Source: a virus. Taken from it: 64,000 bases of DNA. Shown here piece by piece: positions 63,073-64,000 of this stretch. The notes under the pieces were generated by a model that saw only the letters and a list, made by a program, of their open reading frames with translations, did not search any database and had not been told where the DNA came from. The number at the start of each line of letters is the position of its first letter. The first letter of the stretch is position 1. The stretch lies in the IMG/VR virus record IMGVR_UViG_3300009788_000088. One strand, 5' to 3'. A program made the position numbers and the translations under genes.

Positions 63073-63810
63073 TTGATGCCCCCAAGACCAACGCCGAAGC
63101 CCCGCAGGAAATATGAGGCCCGGTATGTACAAGACCTGTCCAAATTGGGCAAATTTTTGGATCAGTCTATTGAATTCGTCGATAAGGCAAATCAATGGTA
63201 CACAAACATAGTTCTGGGCAATCGTAAACAGGTCAAGCCTTCACGGGTTACCCTGAGCAATATGTATTATTTTAAATACTTTGCAAAATATTATCATGAC
63301 GTGCGGAATGCTGATGGCACCCCACGGCTTCCATATTACGATCAGAACCCGCTCAGCATTATTATTGACTTCGATCCGAAGCATCAATTGTTCCTTGGAA
63401 TGAACGTTCATTACATTGCTCCAAGGAGGCGGTATGATTTTATTTATGATGCACTCCGGGTGAACGGGGCCAATATTTACACTCAGAAGCCTATCAATAT
63501 TCCATATGTGTGGGTCAAGCAGAGACATGCTGACCTTTTGGTAATGACTCATAAGTACATTCCCCAGAGGATGTCTCAGATAACCCGTATTCCACTTCTG
63601 GAATGGGAGAACGCCATTTATCTGGATAGTCCGAAGTGGATTGGAGCCACACAGAGCGAAGTTCTTATGCAAGCAAGACGCCAGCGGGAGAAGGTTGGGG
63701 TCAGAAGAAAGAGGAAGTTGGAGAAGCCGCCGGGAAGACCAACAGAACCAAAACGCCGTCCGACCGGAGCCCGTGGTACGAAGCGCCGTACTGTTAAAGG
63801 TACACGTTAA
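63073..63810 (+). CDS. gp2: DNA end protector protein
   Basis: MYYFKYFAK...LPYYD-x2-PL...FLGMNVHY...R motif. Confidence 0.85.
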   Translation: MMPPRPTPKPRRKYEARYVQDLSKLGKFLDQSIEFVDKANQWYTNIVLGNRKQVKPSRVTLSNMYYFKYFAKYYHDVRNADGTPRLPYYDQNPLSIIIDFDPKHQLFLGMNVHYIAPRRRYDFIYDALRVNGANIYTQKPINIPYVWVKQRHADLLVMTHKYIPQRMSQITRIPLLEWENAIYLDSPKWIGATQSEVLMQARRQREKVGVRRKRKLEKPPGRPTEPKRRPTGARGTKRRTVKGTR

Positions 63811-64000
63811 TGAAATTAGATAATCCATATCCATTCGATAGAAGTAGTCAGGGTAACTCCAAGAATTGGGGGAGGCGTAGAGTCGCCGCCAAGTACAGTG
63901 GAGATATGACTTTTGAAATCTTCTTCAAGGCTGGTCCTATTGATTTGGTTGGTACGGTCGCTATGGAATTTCTGTTTGGACTCAAGCTAGGTCACATCTA
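63810..64000 (+). CDS. Partial late gene running off the window edge
   Basis: ATG overlaps the gp2 stop codon; frame open to the end (MKLDNPYPF...). Confidence 0.55.
   Translation, partial: MKLDNPYPFDRSSQGNSKNWGRRRVAAKYSGDMTFEIFFKAGPIDLVGTVAMEFLFGLKLGHI

Noticed and set aside
1-64000. Stop-codon reassignment or suppressor tRNAs
   Set aside because: Core genes are full length in the standard code, TAA, TAG and TGA all end genes, and I found no CTA, TCA or TTA anticodon.

Overview
This window is a fragment of a large T4-like (myovirus-type) phage genome, with almost all genes on the minus strand. The T4-type replication, recombination and late-transcription core is recognisable: gp43 family B polymerase, gp61, gp45/44/62, RegA, gp33, a probable gp59, gp32, gp46/47, gp55, UvsW, a probable UvsY, gp3 and gp2. 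Nucleotide-metabolism genes include class II NrdJ, ThyX, dCMP deaminase and dNMP kinase, among many small hypothetical genes. Between 32.6 and 50.7 kb I read 25 tRNA genes covering all 20 amino acids plus an initiator. The most striking feature is a tightly packed non-coding RNA locus at about 47.2-50.4 kb. It holds a circularly permuted two-piece tmRNA (tag ANAPVEMAA) and about eight further structured RNAs of 110-383 nt, most closed by a 10-23 bp terminal stem and some tRNA-like; one more tRNA-like RNA lies at 43.6 kb. I cannot assign any of these to a known family. A second notable system is a set of about nine proteins with T4 capsid-targeting-like N-termini (ART-like, ParB/Srx-like, Zeta-like kinase, transglutaminase-like), probably packaged in the virion and injected. 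All calls come from manual motif and structure reading; no searches were run.
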